The notes under the pieces are model-generated. The model made no database searches and was not told the DNA's origin. It saw nothing but the letters and a program-made list of their open reading frames with translations. A DNA stretch of 63,327 nucleotides, filler included, from Diploschistes diacapsis (taxonomy: Eukaryota), in the NCBI GenBank assembly GCA_023645945.1. It is 10 parts of 10 records of this genome, joined end to end, with 100 filler letters (N's around TTAATTAATTAA, not from the genome) between each part and the next. Parts side by side here need not be neighbours in the genome. Positions count along the whole stretch, not along the records: positions 1 to 18,445 come from JALAIB010000415.1; 9 more parts are not named here. One strand, written 5' to 3'. Below, piece after piece: positions 1 through 13,813 of this stretch (positions are counted from its first letter, which is position 1; each line of letters starts with the position of its first letter). A program made the position numbers and the translations under genes.

Positions 1-3000
1 CCCCCCTCCGCTTCCACCATTTCCACTGCTGTTTCCACTTCCGCTTCCTCCTCCCCCACCGCCGCTCTTCCTCTTCAACCTCGCCGTCGTGGTAGTAATC
101 GGCTTCGCGGCATCCACGATGAGCGGCGGACTCGTCAGCGGACTCCTGACACCAACGCCGACGCCGATCCCCGTGACCTTGGTGATTGTCATTTCCGACC
201 CGCCCGGGCTCACGGCGGCGCTGCTGCTGCCGGCGGGCAGGAAGAGGTCCCCTTCCGAGCCCACAGAGCCGCGCTGAGCGGTGAGCGAGGTGTTGTGGCT
301 GTGCGCCGCGCCAAGGCTGGGGTTGAACCCAAGGCCGACGCCGGTGGAGAGGAGGGCGCCGTTGCCTTCCAGTTCGAGCGGTGGCTCGGGCTCGGGTGTC
401 ATTGCGGCTTCCCCTTCTGTTCCACCGTCCACGGCCTCCTCCTCGTCGTCGTCGTCGTCGTCGTCATCGTCGTACTCGTCCAAGTCGGCGACATCCTCCG
501 TCATTGTGCCCATCGTTAGCGAATCCTTGTGCTGCTGATTTGCTCGGCCTAGGCCGAGCTTCGTGACGTTTTCCTCCGTCAGCCGACCCGTGGGTGCGGA
601 GCGGGGCGGTAGCTCGGTTGACGGCGATGACTGCCCGTGCAGGTTGTGTGCGCCTTGCTGCGGGTAATGTGACTCCTCTTCCGCCGCGCTGAGTAGCTTG
701 TCGTTGCGTAGCTCGACTGCTTTCTCCTCTGCTGCGGCCCGGCGGAGACCACGGTCACCTTCCGACTCGGCTGGCGGAAGGCGGTCGACGACTGTCGTTT
801 GGCCGACTTTGTGCGGTTTGGAGGATAGAGCGCGCGCTATGGGGGCGTGGGCATCAGAGGGCGGCTGTTTGGAATGGCGGAGCGGAGACTGGCCTGATGG
901 CATAGGGGTGGCTGTGGCTCGATCCGAAATCGACGCCTCAGGTATAGCCGTGGACACAGAACCCGAATTAGCGACGGCTTTCATGAGCGGCGACGAAGGA
1001 TGAAAGTTCGAGCAGTTTGAATCTGCGTCTGTATGCTCGCTCCTGAAGGAACGAGGCTCATGATCACTGCGCTTCACCTTCAGCGCCCATTTAACTAGCA
1101 TAGTTTCTAACGTATGGCTTCGGACAGGTTTAGCAAGGTAGTCGTCCATGCCAGCGCGCTTGCACTTTTCGCGGTCGCCATGGATCGCGGACGCGGTCAT
1201 GGCAACAATTGGGGTCGATTGGATGCCAGGTAGCGAGGAGTAAGGACTGTGGTGTCTGATGAGATGCGTCGCCCTGTAACCGTCAAGAACTGGCATCTGT
1301 ACATCCATGAGGATGAGGTCGGGTTTAGGCCGAGTCGGGGTATGCATTTCCATGAGGTAGTCGAGTGCTTCCTTTCCGTTCCAGACCGCGTTTACGGAGA
1401 AGCCAAGGCGTTTGATGGTTTTGAGAGCGATCTGTTGGTTAATTGCGCTGAATGTAGTTAGAAAGGTTGAAAAGAGGAAGGATGGAAGGTGTGCATACTT
1501 GTCTTCTACGACCAGGACGTGGATGTCTTTGCGCTCAGCAGGATCCAGGGTTACCTGACCTGCCCGTTGTACTGGAGATGGACGTGACCCTGGAAGCGAC
1601 GGCTTCGACTTCGTGAGCCCGGCTGTCTCCATAGAGATTTGCGGAGGAGCATTTCTCATGCGGTCTGGATCCGACTCGCACCCAGATATCGACAATTCTG
1701 ACTGCAGTCTCTCCGATAGAGCTCTGATACCGACTACTGATGTCTTTCCATTGTTGAGCGATTGCGGCTTATTGAATGGAATCCAGAAAGACGCTGTTGT
1801 GCCCTGACCAAGTACGGAATTGAGTGCGATGCCTCCGTGCATCAGGTCAACGAGCTTGATATGTTAGCATAGTATTAATCGCCAACGTCAAAATAGGGAC
1901 AAGCGCCGTGAGCCAAACGAAAGAAGTTCAGACGGGGTCACCTACATTCTTTGATATGGTCAACCCAAGTCCAGTGCCACCAAATCTGCGCGCAGTGCTT
2001 GAATCTGCTTGACTAAACGGCTTGAATAGCTTCTTCCGGACTTCCTCTTCAATGCCGATGCCAGTATCTTCAATCTCAAATAGTATGGTGATCGTTTCGC
2101 TTGCCTCTTCCTTGATCTTTACTGAAAGTTTGACATGACCGTCTGAGGTAAATTTAATACTGTTGGTGAGAAGGTTTGTTAGAATTTGCCGGCAACGACC
2201 AGGGTCTCCGAGCACGATTAGATCCTCGTCTTTACCGATCTGAATATTTTCAATGAACATCAAATTTTTGCGTTCTGCTGCAAATAAAAGCATTTTGCTG
2301 ACGTCCTTTATTACGATAGATAGACTAAATTGCACCTCTTCGATATCGAGACGACCGGACTCGACTTTTGACAGATCCAGGATATCCTAATCGAAAGTCA
2401 GCAAGATACGCACGAGGCTTGGACCGTTATGTATACATTGATGACCGTTAGCAGACCGTTCGCCGATCTTTGAATGTTCTCAGCACAATCGCGCTGCTCT
2501 TCATCAAGCTCGGTATCCAGCAGCAACTCGGACACTCAAAAGAGTCAGCTAGAGGTTCAGTGAACACGAAAAGCGTTCGACTGCTTACTGCCAATGACAC
2601 CGGCAATGGGAGTCCGGATCTCGTGAGACATATTAGCCAAGAACTGACTCTTCAATCGACTTGCGTCTTTTGCAGCTGTCTCGGCTAGTAGAAGTCTGGT
2701 ATTCTCCTTCTCTTGAGCATGCAATTCCGTTGTACGTTCCTTCAAGTCAGTAATGTCGACCGAGGTGCCAACTACACCCTCAACAATCATGGATTCGATC
2801 CCATTTTGACTGACTTTACCCATTGCTGGCACAAACCTGGTACGGTACCATTTGCCAGTATCTTCAATCAGGTGCTCAAAGACTTGTTCACGGGTATCGC
2901 CTTTCAGCATGTTTTCCACATAGCTCCTATACAAGTCCACGCACTTTGCGCCTCCTGTCTGGGCAAAGACTTCGAAGGCGTCTCTGCCCAGGTAGCTAAG

Positions 3001-5099
3001 CGTATCACCAGCTTTCTCTTCACCTACCCACATTGGTGGTCCTTCCAGGAAGGTTAGATGCCTTTCTTTGTCGATCATCCACATGGTGACCCGGGCGTGC
3101 CTGACAACGCTTTTCAATTGTTCTCGGTAGTGTTTGACATTCTTCTGCGCTTCGATGAGTTCGTGTATATCGGTGCATGTCCCGAACCATTTTATTATTT
3201 TGTTGGTTTTGGGATCTCGAAGCGGTTGTGCCCGACCCAGCATCCAGCGCCATGCCCCATCTTTACGTCTGCAACGATACTCTGTAACATACTCTTCACC
3301 GGTCGCTAGAGAATGCGCCCATCTTTCTGCCGTTTTAACCATATCGTCTGGATGGAAGCTATTGGTCCAATTCGCGCCCAGGGAATTTTCAGGTGTCAGT
3401 CCAGTGTAGTTGTACCATCGCTTGGACCACCAGTCTGGTTTTCTGTTAGCGTAGGCCAGAGGGTAGTACCCTTTTCCCAGACATCTTACCAGGATATCCA
3501 TCGATGTTAGCCCTCCAGAGCATTTCAGGCATAGCGTCACAGATGACTTGGAATTGCCTTTCGTTCCGCGCCGTCTCCTCTTTGATGGCCTCTGTATAAC
3601 GCGTGACGTCCTTGAGCGAGATTATGCCGGCAATGAATTCCCCAGTTTCGTCGTATATTCCCTTGCCACTAACGTCCCAGACCATCTTACGGCCCATCGA
3701 ATCAATGCCGCCGACTCGCCGGCTTGCAAAAGGCTTCTGTGTGCGCACTAGTTCGACAATTGGAAGCTGTGCCGGCTCTAGTCTACGTTTAAAGTCTTCA
3801 GTATACATTTCCAACCTAGCCAAGGGGTCATAAGTGTCCTCAGTTGTGGCGTCAAATGATTTCACCATGAGATTGTTGGCCGCTTTGTTCGGGAATCCCA
3901 AGCTTCCGTCTTTCCACATCGCAAACAACGGAATATCAGTGGCGCTCAGCATTGCGTCCTTCATCCGCATGGTCTTCTCCAGAAGGGAAGGAGCCGCGGG
4001 AACGTTTGGGGTAGAGAACGGAGCAGTGGCCACAGCTGCTTGGGCAGGTGAAGCCACGGATCCACAATGGAAACATTTGCTTCTGGTTGAATAGCTAGAA
4101 GAACCGGGACTATTTGAGTGGTTCGACGGCGGCGATGTTGAATTCATTTTCGGTATGCGCGAAACTGTTCTAGATATGGGTCGGTTCGACGAAGACGGAA
4201 CGGCGGACACTGAGCTCGAAAATGTAAGTGTAAAGTATCTCTGATTGTCTGCTCTCCATATCGAGATGACCATTTTGGCATTAACATGGCGTGAGGCCGA
4301 AGCATTTCGGCGAATCTTGTCGGGCTTACTGGATCCAATAAATCGTGAGTTAATGACAACGTCCACAGAAGTATCGTGCACCAGAGCTCGTGTCTTCTTC
4401 AAAGACCATCCAGCAGTAGCCTCGTTGAGCGCAGAGGTCAGTGAGTCGAGACCTCTTTGGCCGTCCTTTTCAGTCAGGTTCTCATCCAATTCAGTAACGG
4501 GCGCCGCGGTAGCGTATTTATCATCACCTTCTCGAGCAAGATTATCGAGGAATTTCTGGTCAAAGGATAAACCAAAAGCCTTCCTACGCGCAGAAAGGAC
4601 CGCTTACCTCCCAGTTCACCCATATAGGTTGTCCATCCTGAACCATATCTATTCCAATCTGACTGAGTGTTTGCCCTTCCAAAAGATCCCCAACGACGAC
4701 GTCCCTTTCGTCATGAATTATCTCTTTCGATCCGTCGACCTCATACTTATTCAATCCGAGTAGCAGGCCCATGGCATCGTTGGCGAGAATGACTGTTTTG
4801 AGATCGGAAAGTACCAAGATTGGCGTGGGAAGGTATTGGAGAGCAATGAGAGCGAGCTCGGCGCCTATCGGAGGCTTCGGAATGTCCACATGGCTGGGAG
4901 GGCTGATCCACCCGGGATTCTGGTGTATTTGTGTAGGTTGTATCTTGAAGTAATCGTCGGTGGGCGAGGTCCGGGTCGGGGATGCAGTTTGGAGCGAATT
5001 GGCGAGGGATGGCAGGGCATTTGGGGACATGATGAGACTGAAGAAGCCCGACGAACGGTTCGAGTTTGCATCATCGGGTCTTTGCGATCGTGAAGTCAT
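1..5099 (-). CDS. Hybrid sensor histidine kinase (PAS/PAC - HisKA - HATPase - receiver); 3' end runs off the left edge
   Basis: Exons 5099-4608, 4555-3490, 3434-2589, 2534-2437, 2386-1946, 1854-1499, 1447-<1. PAS/PAC (FHPDD..., YRCRRKDGAWRWMLGRA), H-box FLANMSHEIRTP, N-box QILTNLLTNSIKFT, G boxes DTGIG and GGTGLGL, receiver LILMDVQMP...MDDYLAKP. Architecture resembles group V (HHK2/NIK-2-like), which is inference. Confidence 0.93.
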
Positions 5100-5935
5100 G
5101 CTAAGAAGGACGTGGTATGCTCAGGCCTGACTCCCTGCCTCTTGAGCTGTCCTACACGTGAAGTAGAAAGCCTCGGGAGGGAGGTTTCGTGAATTGACGG
5201 TGCGCAAAGTCATATGCCGTAAATGTAAACAAGCATTGTATATAGCCACTAGTGGATATCAAGAATGTTAACTTTAATAAGGGAAATGAAGATTGGTGGT
5301 TTTATCGTGGCTTGGAGGTCCGCATAGCTGAGGGTTGTGTAATAACTGCCGGTACTATTCAATTGCTATTCTGAAATTCGAGATTGCCCAAAAGTTCATC
5401 TAAATAATCAACAACGAGAAGTTGTCAAGTAAGATCCTATACCAGGTCTTCCTTTGATCGTTTACGAAGCGCAACATCATGGGCGTTTAGACCACATTCC
5501 TCGGCAACCGCTAGCGGATGTACTTAGCACTACCGATTATTACACCCGTGAACGTGGCCTTATCGGAAAGCGCTATCTACACTCCATCTCTCTAATCATC
5601 CTACTCTGTGCTAGAGCGTATGCTGTGGTATCAAGGAGCAAGCGAGTGAGCAATGCCAAGAGGACGAAACTGGCCTCACGGAACAGAAGGAGAGTCCCAA
5701 GTACAGTATCTTTTATACTATCCATTATGCCACTCTATCTGCACTATGCCGACATATATCCTACATTATTTCAGCCGCACGTAGCCCTTCCGACTGCCCG
5801 ATCACTGATGCTTTAAACACCCAGACGCCCCGTGCTTTATAGATGCGCGCTTGCTAACGTAGAGTTGTCCCATAGTACCACCATAACCCAAGACGATTTG
5901 CTTTGAAGCTGATGCACTCACTGCCCTGCGGTGAC

Positions 5936-8155
5936 TCAGAAGATTCCCCACTTCTTCTTCGTTTTCTCTCTCGATTCCTCAGTTTCCTTTGCGGTAGCTG
6001 CAACTTCCACGTTGCCATCGGCCTTGCTATGCTTAGGCGCCGAGGCCTTGCCGCTGTCCCCTTTCTTCGCATGGCCATTTGCCAAAGGACTTACTTGCGT
6101 TTGTTCGGTGACTCCTGACGCCACGCTTCGGATTGCTGCAAGTCGGTGCTTTGCCCTTTCGTCTCCCTGATCGGCGGCCCTAACATACCATGCGTTCGCG
6201 GCTAAAGGATCACGCCTTGTGCCGATACCCATTTCGCTAAAATACCCCACTGCATACTGAGCTTTAGGGAGGCCTGAATGATTACAACTTAGTTACCAAC
6301 CTAGTACCGCGCAACTTGGGCGCTTACCAGTCTCTGCTGCCTTCTTGGCCCATTCATAAGCTTCGCCCTCATCTCGTACTAGGACTGGCTCGGCCCCAAC
6401 CATGTACCAGGCGCACAGGGCCATCTCTGCTGGCGCGTAACCTCGTGATGCAGCACCGTTATAGAAATGGATGCTCAACGCTGGGTCTTTCGGACAACCC
6501 AGTTTGCCGTGCTCGTACGCATCGCCAAGCTTGAAGTTGGCTTCGAGGTGGCCAAGGTCAGCCGCCTGAGTAAAGAGTTGAGCGGCGTATTGCTCGTCCA
6601 AGAACACGTCGTCCCCATAGCCTGTCTCATGGAGCATGCCAAGTTCATACGGCGCAGTATTATACTGCTCGTCCGCCGACTCGGTAGCTCGCTTCAACCA
6701 CTTAATACCTTCCTTATACCGCACTTCAAGGCCAAGGTCACCGGTCAAGCAAGCTCGCGCGAGTCTTGTCATAGCACCGGGGTGGTTTTTTGATGCTGAC
6801 TGGCGGTAGAACTGGACTGCCTTTAAGGGATCTTTTCGAGTGCCCCAACCAAACTCGTACGACAAAGCCGCACGGTATCCAGCTTCGACATGCCCGTGCT
6901 TGCTCGCTGCGACAAAGAGGGGAAAAGCTCGATCATTATCCTCTCTGCCCTTGTTGAAAAGTCCAGAAGCATACCCGTCGGCAAGATAGTATTGCGCAAA
7001 AGGGTAGCTACGGTCCGATAGCTTCTGCAAGATCTGACGTGCTTCCTTCACAAGCTCTGCAGGATTCGGTTCACTTCCTCCTGAATCGGCCCAAGAAAAT
7101 TTCGCAGGATTATGCACGGCCTCTTGCGCGGTCTCGAGCATGAATATAGCAAACGAATACAGTACTGTGGAATCATTCGTCTTCTTCACGTTTGCCCTGT
7201 ACATCTCCAATGTTTTCAACGGACTGAGAAGGGAAGCGTTATTCCCAACAGAGGTTCGTAGATGGGCGTTGTCTAGATTGATTGGAGCTGGAGCTGGTTG
7301 CGGGTACGGAACGTTGAGCAGATTGATATATGATATGGGCCGACTATCTTGCGACCTTCTGCTCGGAGAGACTGTAGACGTTTCAGTAGCCTGTCCCGGC
7401 AATCCGGATCGTCCCCTTGAACCAGACTCCAAGGAAGAATAGGAGGACATTGGGCGCAGGTTAGAAGCTGCAGAAAGCTTCTTCGGTTCACGGGGCCCAG
7501 CCTGTAAACCGAGTGATAGGCTCTGTGGGGAGTGATTTCGGTGGGTACCGCTGATGTACGCTTCGCTCAGAGGCCGATGATGGTAATGTAGCTCGGCCAT
7601 CAGGTCTGCAGGCATTTCTTTACCAGACTCTGGTCTCATGGCTCCGCTTTCATTGCTATCGGCACTAAAGTTACTCCCATTTGACACGTTTCTTGAACCG
7701 GACTGTCTGTCATGATCTGCATTAGGAAGAACAATCCTTGGGGAATCTGATCTATATGTGCCTAGTGCAGAGTCATTATGATTAGATAAAAGATCTAAAT
7801 TGAGGGAGGACGAGTGAACGTGTCCGCTCGAGTCGTGCTGAGGAGGTAAAGGCGGAAGTGGATGAGCAGGCTCTTCCAATTCATGCGACGAACGCTCAGA
7901 TGTAGATCGAGGCATACGGGCAAGCTTATTCAGTGAAGGATAGCTGGGAGAAACAGTACTTTTGAGATCGTCAACCAAGGGGCTGGAGACTGGCTTGTCC
8001 TCAACGGATGTATCATGGTTGTCGCCGTATGTTTCGTTGTCAACGACTCGAATGGCAACCTTCTGCGAGGTTGCCTCTGATGGTGACTCTGATAGGGTTC
8101 TGGTGACTGGCAAGGGTGGCGGAGCCCTTACAGGAGCCTGAAAAACCTCTTGCAT
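5936..8155 (-). CDS. SKT5: Chitin synthase activator, SEL1-repeat protein (Skt5/Chs4 family)
   Basis: Exons 8155-6328 and 6273-5936 (intron 6327-6274). SEL1 repeats (AQYYLADGYASG, ALSYEFGWGTRKDPLKAVQFY, ALCAWYMVGAEPVL, LPKAQYAVGYFSEMGIG). A CAG immediately before ATG 8155 suggests an upstream exon. Confidence 0.9.
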
Positions 8156-8803
8156 CTGTAAAAGTTGGGTCTTAAAGAAATGCCCGTACGATACATACCA
8201 CTCTTCCCTTGTGAGTCACTTGAACGCCGAGATTGGGAGAAATCCTGAATCCCGAGTACTGCAAAGCCTGACTAGATTGTTGAATGGACAACTTCTACCT
8301 GCCAAAGTGGTACGTAATGTAGGAGCTCCACGGGACAAATCGAAAGTCATGGACCTCTGTTCAGAACTTAGCCTTATAGATGCTATAGACACCGTACGTG
8401 TTTGATGAAACCAAGAAGCCGTGAAATAGGACAGAGATATATGTTGAGCTTATACAAGGCGGACGCACCGCTGACAAGGGAAATAGCAATAAAACCCGGA
8501 ACGGCACAGCCTTCACTTGAAGGATGGAAGAGAACAGCCGTTGCAACGGTCAAAAACAGCGGCAAAACTTTCCAATGTCACTGGTTTTCAAGACTGACCG
8601 TTCATATCAGGCGTGGGTGAAGAGATAAAGAGAATGATTGAGATAGTTTTCAAAAGGCAAAAGGGATTCTGGTTCGTTGTTGGATTACAGACGTTAAGGG
8701 TTAAGGGCCGCCTTGGGCACCTTCCGGGGGGTCTGCTCTGCTACTAATCACCCCTAATTGACACCTGACACGCTGTCCCCCAACAGGCCTTCGCTTAGCC
8801 AAG

Positions 8804-8859
<56 letters not shown>

Positions 8860-8888
8860 TACTATTACTATACTACACTACTACTACC
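8804..8888. repeat. (CTA)n microsatellite, degenerate at its 3' end
   Basis: Directly visible tactactact... run. Confidence 0.95.
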
Positions 8889-8988
8889 ATTAAACCTTGT
8901 CCGCGATCTCGTGTATCGGAGAATCGAACTCGCCGGCAAAGATCGTCATTATTAGTGTGCATCACGAGCCGAACGCCTAAGCTAAGTA

Positions 8989-9094
8989 CAGTACTAGGCC
9001 AAAAGTAGTTAGGTACACCATAAGCGGCAGTAAAGAGACAGTCAACTCTTTACTGCCGCTTATGGTGTACCTAACTACTTTTGGCACCTGACTG
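8989..9094. mobile_element. 106-bp Tc1/mariner-like MITE (fold-back)
   Basis: TA|CAGT...ACTG|TA ends. Perfect 40-bp inverted arms 8998-9037 and 9046-9085 around an 8-nt loop. Confidence 0.75.
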
Positions 9095-9971
9095 TATCTA
9101 CTGGTATTCACGGTTCAGGTTCAAATATCTGGAGATCCTGGAGAACAAGTGCAGCGTACAACAAATTTAAGTCAATCTCAAACGCTCGAGCCGTTATGGA
9201 AGGCAACCACCGGGCTGCACCTTTGTCATGCAAATTATGATGTAGTAATATAGCTATATATATTCACCGCGACTGGACTTCGTATAGGGAGGCTCGTATT
9301 CTGTGTGAGAAGAGGCAAAGACGACAGGAAAGGCTAGATCGGGGGGTTCAATACAAAGCGCCAGGCGACCGATTGGAGCAGCCTGCTACTACTGTATCTA
9401 GCCGTAGCTCTGCAAAAAGAGTTAATGTGTTTGGAATGGAGCCCACTCGGACTTAAGCCATCCGATTACTGTTACTCAGGCGAATCCACCGCGCAACCCG
9501 GGCAACAAGGGGGGTAGAGCCTTCTTACGATAGTTGATTACTACACTATGTTTTCCTAGGGAGAGAGAGCGAAGCCTATACTACCCCTTGACCAATCTCT
9601 TCACCATAATATCTCACTTGACTGAAATCGTTTGCGTCTAACAGAAAGTACCTACTAGTATTCAGTCGTTTGTTGAATTTTCCCACACGTTGGTCTATCG
9701 GTTGAGCCTCAGTTCCCTTCCACTTCGACACCCACAAGTCTTTTGCAGCAAGAACTTTGTTATCCGGATCACTTTACGTTTCCTCCCTCAACTCAAATCT
9801 AGACTCGTGCACCTTTCTGGTTCACCAACTTCACTCATTAAACAATCCAAATGGGTGCCACTTGGTGGAAATCTTGAGGCCAAAGGGATACGCAGCTCTG
9901 GCCCAAGGGTGCCCTTCTCAGAAGGTTATCTGGCCATCTGGAGAAATCCTAGAATATCATCCCACTTCAGC

Positions 9972-12900
9972 ATGTCTCGAGAGATTCGAGGACCGCTCGG
10001 GGTGCTCCAAGGGTAAGTAAAACAACCCTACTACCTTCTCTGGATTGCTGCTGATCGTCTTTGGAAGTGCGTCTCCCACGCGGAGGGGTCCCGAGACCTC
10101 GCCTCGCAAAAGAGAAAGGCCTTTGTCTATGCAAGCTTCGCCGTCTCGGCGGCACCGTCGACCACGAGACTTAGAAGCCACTCCTTTCTACAATGATTCG
10201 CCTGCACCTCTTTCGGCGAGAAGGCCCAAGCAACAAGCCTTTATCCAGACAGAGCCTGTCCCTCAAAGTCCCATAGATCGCAATATGACAGCGTCTCCCA
10301 CTACGGAATTGGGTCGCAAGAAGAGCTTGGTCAGGCCAGAGCGGAACCGCATCGATCAAGATCATCCAAATTACTATTATCGACAGCATGCCCAGCGCAT
10401 GAACGTCATACCGTCCACGACGGGAAACGATCCAATTGCCGAAGATGATGATCAACCGGACGCTGGAGACGAAGAAATTGCGGAAGATGGCTCCGACGAG
10501 ACAGGGTCGGAGGAGCACGGCAAAGCCGCGTCGGAAGAACTTGCGACAACCGATGAGAAACAGCACAGGCGCCGCCGGCGTCGAAGGCGGAGGAGGACCC
10601 GGGAAGAAACGGACGGCCCTCGCAGACTGCAGCGCAAAAATGTCAAGGAACTGACAGAGCAGGAACAACTGCGCCGAAAACAGGAAGCAGCCGTAAGACC
10701 TCCCAACGTCTGGAGCATCTATTGTGCTATCATTACCTTCTGGGCGCCAAATGCCATCTTGGCTTGCTTTGGGAAACCGCAGAAGAGCCAGCAACGAGCA
10801 TGGAGGGAGAAAATGGGTCTCATCAGCATTATCTTACTAATAGCTGCTTTTGTCGGTTTCCTAACATTTGGATTTACTCAAGCTGTATGTGGCAATCCTA
10901 TGCCAACCTTTGAGATCAACCATGTTGGTAACGATCATATGATCTTCCATGGAGTGGCATACAACCTTAATGGCATGCTACACCCAGCAGCTCCGGGAAT
11001 CTTGGGAGGCCAAAACCCGCTCTACAATCCGCCGTGGAAGTCTGGGGGTCAGGATGGGAGCTTCCTGTTCCAGAACGTCAACGGAGCTTGTAAGGGCCTC
11101 ATAAATCGCGCACCCGGCTCGGACGTCCCTACAGACAGCGATGGAGATCTTGCATGGTATTTCCCTTGTACGACTTTCAACCAGGACGGATCCACGAAGC
11201 CCAATCTTACCATCCCCTACTATCTTGGTTACGCATGTCATCTGAGCGGGGGCGCGAGACAGGCATTCTATAGTCCCAGCATCTTGGCAAGCGCCGGCGA
11301 TGTAGTCTTCTCCTGGGATGACGTGAAAAACAGCAGCCGCAACCTGACAGTCTTTTCAGGCTCCGTACTCGATCTCAACCTGTTGGACTGGTTCAATCAC
11401 TCCCAGGTCTCGGTTCCCTCTGCTTTCAACGATATTCGCGAGAATACCGCGATTCGAGGCATGGACGTGACCCACGCTTGGGCAACAGGGGATCAGAAGC
11501 AAATCGGCGAGTGTCTTGTCGAGATCATCAAAGTTGGCTCTGTGGATAGTTCAACCGTTGGGTGCATAGCCTCCCAGGTTGTCCTCTATGTCTCTCTGAT
11601 CTTTATCTTGTCGATCGTCGGCATCAAGTTTTTGCTTGCGCTGCTGTTCCAATGGTTCTTCAGCCGCAAGTTCGCTGCCTCAAGATCTTCTATTACTAGC
11701 GACCGAAAGAAGAGAGCGCAACAGATCGAAGACTGGAGTGAGGATATTTACAGGCAACCTCCCAAGCTGACCGATGCGGCCACCGCACGGAGTAAAAGGC
11801 AAAGCATGTTCCTGCCTACGACGTCAAGGTTCACCAGCCCGTACGACACGGAGCAAGCATCTTCACGGAAAAAAGCTGCGCCGACCACCATGGCCAGCCA
11901 GGCGTCCAATATAAAGCTTCTATCGCCAGATCCGCATTTCAGTCACGAAAGCAACGAAGGCGGCGGGAGTCCCACGTACCGGATGGGTCACGCAGGCAGT
12001 CGATCGAGCTTGTTGATGTCTGGCTCTGGTGGCTCAGGGTCCGACAAGCGGCAGTCAACGTTGATGACCGAGGATACCAACGGCCCATGTGGATTCATTC
12101 ACGAAGCCGTTGTCCCTCAGCCGCCCCCAGAATGGGAGCCGTTTGGCTACCCTCTTGCTCACACAATCTGCCTCGTTACATGCTACTCGGAAGGCGAGGA
12201 CGGCATCCGCACGACATTGAATTCCATCGCCACGACAGAGTACCCGAACAGCCACAAGACAGTCATGGTGATTTGTGACGGACTTATCAAGGGCCATGGC
12301 GAGGAGATGACAACGCCCGAAATCGTACTGAGTATGCTGGGGGACCATGCAACTCTTCCGGACGAAGTTCGGGCCTTCTCGTACGTAGCAGTCGCCAGTG
12401 GTTCAAAGCGTCACGGTATGGCAAAGGTCTATGCTGGTTTCTACGATTATGGCGAGAACTCGGCAGTCCCACCAAAAAAGCAACAGCGTGTCCCGATGAT
12501 GGTCCTCGTAAAGTGTGGTACTCCCGACGAGGCTCACAAATCTAAACCTGGCAATCGAGGCAAGCGAGATAGTCAGATCATCCTCATGTCTTTCCTCCAA
12601 AAGGTCATGTTTGATGAGCGTATGACAGAGCTCGAATATGAGATGTTCAACGGTCTCTGGAAGGTCACGGGTATCTCGCCCGACTTCTACGAGACCATCC
12701 TGATGGTGGACGCCGATACCAAGGTCTTTCCGGACAGCATTACGCACATGAACTCCGCAATGATCAAGGACCCCGAGATTATGGGTCTTTGCGGGGAGAC
12801 GAAGATTGCCAACAAGCGCGACAGTTGGGTTTCCATGATCCAGGTGTTCGAGTATTTCATCTCCCACCATCTCTCCAAGTCCTTCGAGTCCGTCTTCGGT

Positions 12901-13813
12901 GGTGTCACCTGTCTCCCTGGGTGTTTCTGCATGTATCGAATCAAGGCACCCAAGGGCGGGCAGAACTACTGGGTGCCAATACTTGCGAATCCAGATATCG
13001 TGGAGCACTACTCAGAGAACGTTGTGGATACCCTGCACAAGAAGAACTTGCTGCTGCTTGGGGAGGATCGTTACTTATCTACCCTGATGCTGAAGACTTT
13101 CCCGAAGCGCAAGCAAGTCTTTGTACCCCAGGCTGTGTGCAAAACCACCGTGCCCGACCAATTCAAGGTTCTTCTCTCCCAACGCCGGCGCTGGATCAAC
13201 AGCACTGTCCACAACCTGATGGAGTTGGTCCTCGTCCGCGATCTTTGCGGCACATTCTGCTTCAGCATGCAGTTTGTCGTATTCATCGAGCTAATAGGAA
13301 CGCTCGTGCTACCCGCCGCCATTTCCTTCACGTTCTACCTCATCGTCATCTCTATTGTGCGCAAGCCCGTCCCAGTGATCCCCCTCGTGCTTCTGGGACT
13401 TATCCTTGGTCTACCGGGCGTGCTAATCGTGCTTACCGCCCATCGTTGGTCGTACGTTGTTTGGATGGCCATTTACCTTGCCTCGCTTCCCGTATGGAAT
13501 TTTGTGCTGCCCACGTATGCTTACTGGAAGTTTGATGACTTTAGCTGGGGGGAAACCAGGAAGACTGCAGAAGTGAAGACAAAGAAGGCTGGATTAGAGT
13601 ACGAGGGAGAGTTCGATAGCAGCAAAATCACCATGAAGAGATGGGGAGACTTTGAGAAAGGTAAGCAAAGCCGTCGACGTGTGTTAGGGAAGGTGCTAAT
13701 GGCAAGCAGAACGTCGCCTCAAAGCTCCAACTTCCAATTACTCGCGCTCGCAGAAGACTTCCTCTGTCGGTTACTTCCCGCCATCATCATTGCAAAGCCC
13801 CCATCATGGGTAG
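9972..13813 (+). CDS. CHS3: Class IV chitin synthase (yeast Chs3 / Aspergillus ChsD orthologue)
   Basis: Exons 9972-10012, 10068-13660, 13710-13813 (TAG). Motifs [42 protein letters not shown]. Has the class IV N-terminal [10 protein letters not shown] and no myosin motor domain. Confidence 0.95.

Noticed and set aside
8758..8955. Poly-Leu ORF (and poly-Asn/Ile ORFs at 45000-45221)
   Set aside because: Translations of microsatellites.
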